DNA from: a virus
Lineage: Duplodnaviria > Caudoviricetes
Direction: 5' to 3' (one strand)
DNA length: 64,000 nt
IMG/VR virus record: IMGVR_UViG_3300011008_000002
The notes below the pieces were generated by a model. The model saw only the letters and a list, made by a program, of their open reading frames with translations, searched no databases and had not been told where the DNA came from. Positions within the stretch are counted from its first letter, which is position 1. The number at the start of each line of letters is the position of its first letter. This document shows positions 60,842-64,000 of this stretch, piece after piece. A program made the translations under genes and the position numbers.

Positions 60842-62614
60842 TTACGCGATATCTTTCATCCGTTCGAATACTTCCAATGCCAAAGTTTCATAGGAAGGTA
60901 ATCCGAACCATTTTTCACCAAGAAACAAAGAATTTTTGGCAATTAAATCCTCCACAAACTCCTTCCCCGCGTCTTCATCATATCTTTTAAGTTTGTCACC
61001 GTCTATAATAAAAAGTTTCCCTATCATTGTAGCGGCGAATATATTGAATGAACAGATGGAGTTTGGATACATTGCGGAGAAATCGAAATCAATCGAGTCA
61101 CCAAAAAGGTACTTACTATGCTTGCCAAACAAAATGATACCATGATACCCATTGAGTTCAGGGTCTCCGTTGATAGCACCTTCAAATGAATCAAGAGATT
61201 CTTGTAAGTCTTTTTCAGAAATAGAATCATCATCTTCAAATTCATTTGTATGACGATGCCCTGTATTATCAAAGTTGACATTGTGACCTAATATCAGACC
61301 ATCATTTATTAAGAACTCTTTATAGAAGAATGCTCTTAACGATACGGTCTGTTTCATTCCATCCTTATAGTTACAATAACTATGCAGACAAGAGTTATAT
61401 AGATTATAGCTGTCGTTACATTTCTCATTGATACCAGCTTGTAGCAAAGTATCGTTTACATTGTATATATCATAAAGCATAAAATCATTACGTGAAAACA
61501 TAATGAAGTTGCCTTTTGTTGAGTCGTATTTAATTTTTCCTTCACCAACTTGCTCCTTTGTTGCAATTGCATTCAATGAAACACTACGAAGAGTCGTCTG
61601 GGACCTTCTAAGTCCAGCATATACAGCAGGTTGGTCAAGGTATTTCGTATAACTAGAACAATCAAAATAGTTACGTTTCGTATCCCAATCAAAGTTATTA
61701 TTATCTTCATGATAATATAACGTAGTTGTAGGGAAATCGGAATGACAGAAAAGATTTGCCACATTCATTCCAAGCTTTTGAGTACGTCCGATGATGTATG
61801 GAATATCGAAATCCATATTCCATATAAAACAAATATCTCGTTTGAGTACATGGATTAAACGAAAAGTTTGAGTAAGTAATTCTTTCTCATCATCAAACGC
61901 ATACTGAATATATTCGTATCCAGGAAATGACTCATCAAACCTTTCGTGTAGTTTTTGCTGTAATTCCTCTTGTCTGTCGTTAATGAATGAAATAATTTGA
62001 GGATTGTCAGGTGTTTTAAGATAGAACGTACTTACTATCTTTTTTACCGGGTCAGTAATAGATAACATATCAATCGGACATTCACCATGTCTTGGAATAG
62101 GACCATCCCAGTTCTTCTGGTCAACCTCAATATCGAGGAATATACAATCTACGTATTTTCTTTCATCATTGTCTAATTCTTGTTCCCATATAACTCGATA
62201 ATAAGTTTCAATAGGAATATCGCCGCCTAAACAATAAGACCACTTGTACAATTGTTGTCTAGCCTTTCTAGTCTTATTCTCATGATAGTATTTTACATAT
62301 TCGGGTCCTGCCATATTTGCAATTTCTTTTAACACATCCCGATATTTTACTTCATGAGGAATAAGTTTTTCAATTTCCATATAGTGTCTAGGTTTCTTGA
62401 AGGTACTTCTTAATTCTTCTGGTACCTCATATATTGTGATAGTTGGATCTTTAATTGTGTAAATTGCCTTCTTTTTTGTTACTAAGTCTCTATATACAAA
62501 ATTCAAATAATCAGACCAACCGGTGTTTTGATTACCGTTTTGATAAATGACATCACAAAGCATCAGTTTTCTTCCGGCTAATTCTTTGAATACCAAAGGT
62601 TTCTTAGGACTCAT
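60842..62614 (-). CDS. Family B DNA polymerase, N-terminal subunit (3'-5' exonuclease + motif A)
   Basis: ExoI FLDIEVD, ExoII WNMDFDIPY, ExoIII YNVND, motif A DFDFSAMYP near the C-terminus. Confidence 0.88.
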   Translation of the reverse strand: MSPKKPLVFKELAGRKLMLCDVIYQNGNQNTGWSDYLNFVYRDLVTKKKAIYTIKDPTITIYEVPEELRSTFKKPRHYMEIEKLIPHEVKYRDVLKEIANMAGPEYVKYYHENKTRKARQQLYKWSYCLGGDIPIETYYRVIWEQELDNDERKYVDCIFLDIEVDQKNWDGPIPRHGECPIDMLSITDPVKKIVSTFYLKTPDNPQIISFINDRQEELQQKLHERFDESFPGYEYIQYAFDDEKELLTQTFRLIHVLKRDICFIWNMDFDIPYIIGRTQKLGMNVANLFCHSDFPTTTLYYHEDNNNFDWDTKRNYFDCSSYTKYLDQPAVYAGLRRSQTTLRSVSLNAIATKEQVGEGKIKYDSTKGNFIMFSRNDFMLYDIYNVNDTLLQAGINEKCNDSYNLYNSCLHSYCNYKDGMKQTVSLRAFFYKEFLINDGLILGHNVNFDNTGHRHTNEFEDDDSISEKDLQESLDSFEGAINGDPELNGYHGIILFGKHSKYLFGDSIDFDFSAMYPNSICSFNIFAATMIGKLFIIDGDKLKRYDEDAGKEFVEDLIAKNSLFLGEKWFGLPSYETLALEVFERMKDIA

Positions 62615-63149
62615 AATTTAACCCCCTTATTCCATCCATAGATTTGACAAAATCCCGTAGTAGTTCCTTAAAATTGCCGTCAGATGTACCATAGTCGAAT
62701 TTTTCTTTGTCAATCCCTGCCTCTTCAAAGATATCGTCTTCCTTTATTTCAGCTCCATTAGCGAACCATGTTTCTCCGTCTGGTAAATCAATTTCATTTG
62801 ATGTCTTTAGAGCAACTAATAATATTTTCATCATCTGTATGATTTCTCTAGGTTCAAATACTATAAACCTATAGTCATCACCACAATAATCACCGTCCGC
62901 ATTATCCCATGATGACCAATTTGACGCAAGCCTTTTCTCATCAATCTTGACTGTACTTGGGAATAAGTCTATAACTCCATTCCACCTAGGCTTATCATCT
63001 CCGTCGGTATATGCTCCAGTTTTAATATATGGACCCTCTGCAAATTCTAAATTAACGTCTATCCATTCATCCAAATCCTTTTTCTTCATAACAGAAAATA
63101 AAGTATAATTTGGTAATCTTTTGAATTCTTCCAATGTCATTAATAACAT
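62604..63149 (-). CDS. Hypothetical protein
   Basis: Start reassigned to MLLMTL (63149) after RBS AAGGAGG. GACA-N6-TA at 63173-63184. Confidence 0.7.
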   Translation of the reverse strand: MLLMTLEEFKRLPNYTLFSVMKKKDLDEWIDVNLEFAEGPYIKTGAYTDGDDKPRWNGVIDLFPSTVKIDEKRLASNWSSWDNADGDYCGDDYRFIVFEPREIIQMMKILLVALKTSNEIDLPDGETWFANGAEIKEDDIFEEAGIDKEKFDYGTSDGNFKELLRDFVKSMDGIRGLNYES

Positions 63150-63267
63150 TTTATAGTCCTCCTTTGAATTTTTAAGAGTTTGTCTCAGACATCTTAATGA
63201 ACTAATATCTATACAAAACAAAGAAAGACACTTGGGAAACTTCCCAAGTGTCTTTGATATTGGTGTG

Positions 63268-64000
63268 TTACGGCGTTGTTTCTGTGGTGGATGTACCCCA
63301 ACCCTTGATGTTGTCACTAGCACCCGCACTAGGACTTTCATACTTCTTAGTCGATGCCGCACCATAAGTGTTATGATATGCATGATCGTCGAAGTCTTTC
63401 CAGTTAGTGATGCTAGGAACATCAATAGCCTTTTCAAGACTTGCCTTGTTATATCCAGAGTACATGTTCAGATAGTTCTTCAGAATATTGAACCTAGACA
63501 GAGCCAGAGTACCAATGTAATTAATCTGAGAACTCATATACTTGGATGCAGTGAACTCAAGACTAAGCTGAACAAGGTCGTGTGAACCCGGTTCGTATGC
63601 GAAATGACTATGATCGCTCGACTTCGGGAACATATTGGTCAGCAAGCATACATATTCAGCCTGTTCGCCAGTAGGATCTGTTGCAACATACAGCATCTCC
63701 ATAGTATGATTAGCCTGAGACAGATAGAGATCATCACGATACTCTATACCTTCAAGAATCTCCCTTGCACCGTGATAGTGAGATAGTCCGGTAAACGGAT
63801 CAATCGTTCCAGTAATCCAGAAGTCAATATAAGTACGTATCAATGATCCCTGAGTCTCATAAATCTTTACAGTGATTGATGATGTATCATCCTTTACGTT
63901 AATCGGTAATTCAACCGTGTTACCAACGTAACCAACCGTGGCACTTGTAAAGTCCACAGTATATCCCTGAATGCCATCTACTCCAGTATTTGCAAACTGA
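63268..64000 (-). CDS. Probable tail tube protein (5' end outside the window)
   Basis: W ITG.IDP.TG.SHY, NHT.EMLYV.TDPTG and NMFP segments resemble jumbo-phage tube proteins. The frame stays open to the window end. Confidence 0.6.
   Translation of the reverse strand, partial: QFANTGVDGIQGYTVDFTSATVGYVGNTVELPINVKDDTSSITVKIYETQGSLIRTYIDFWITGTIDPFTGLSHYHGAREILEGIEYRDDLYLSQANHTMEMLYVATDPTGEQAEYVCLLTNMFPKSSDHSHFAYEPGSHDLVQLSLEFTASKYMSSQINYIGTLALSRFNILKNYLNMYSGYNKASLEKAIDVPSITNWKDFDDHAYHNTYGAASTKKYESPSAGASDNIKGWGTSTTETTP

Noticed and set aside
63150-63437. N-terminal extension of the 62604-63437 ORF
   Set aside because: It overlaps the tube gene and its terminator hairpin. The RBS supports a start at 63149.
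1-64000. CRISPR array, tRNA cluster, IS/integrase, stop-codon reassignment
   Set aside because: No repeat-spacer periodicity, cloverleaf or transposase/integrase motif seen. Conserved genes are intact under the standard code and use all three stop codons.

Overview
A 64-kb segment of a jumbo myovirus-like phage genome of the AR9/PBS1/phiKZ type. Strong GGAGG ribosome-binding sites and an nrdDG class III ribonucleotide reductase point to an anaerobic Firmicutes host. Recognisable genes are a 4057-aa tape-measure/tail-lysin protein, two split multisubunit RNA polymerase subunits (beta and beta' C-half), a probable promoter-specificity subunit, a split family-B DNA polymerase whose halves lie about 17 kb apart, primase, SF2 helicase, a GroEL-like chaperonin, dCTP deaminase, nrdDG, and probable portal and tail-tube genes. 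The standout unexplained element is a ~1-kb non-coding, hairpin-dense, GC-enriched region (~24124-25155). It has its own late-type promoter motif and lies beside a palindrome-rich, A-skewed region that may be the replication origin, so it looks like a large structured ncRNA with partial group I ribozyme-like core motifs. Other leads are several promoter-plus-terminator small-RNA candidates (one displaying an anti-Shine-Dalgarno sequence), GG-x-G motifs bracketing a C39-like peptidase inside the tape measure, and a degenerate SET-like domain on the RNAP beta C-terminus. All assignments come from reading motifs by eye and from recalled gene order; no searches or folding programs were run.
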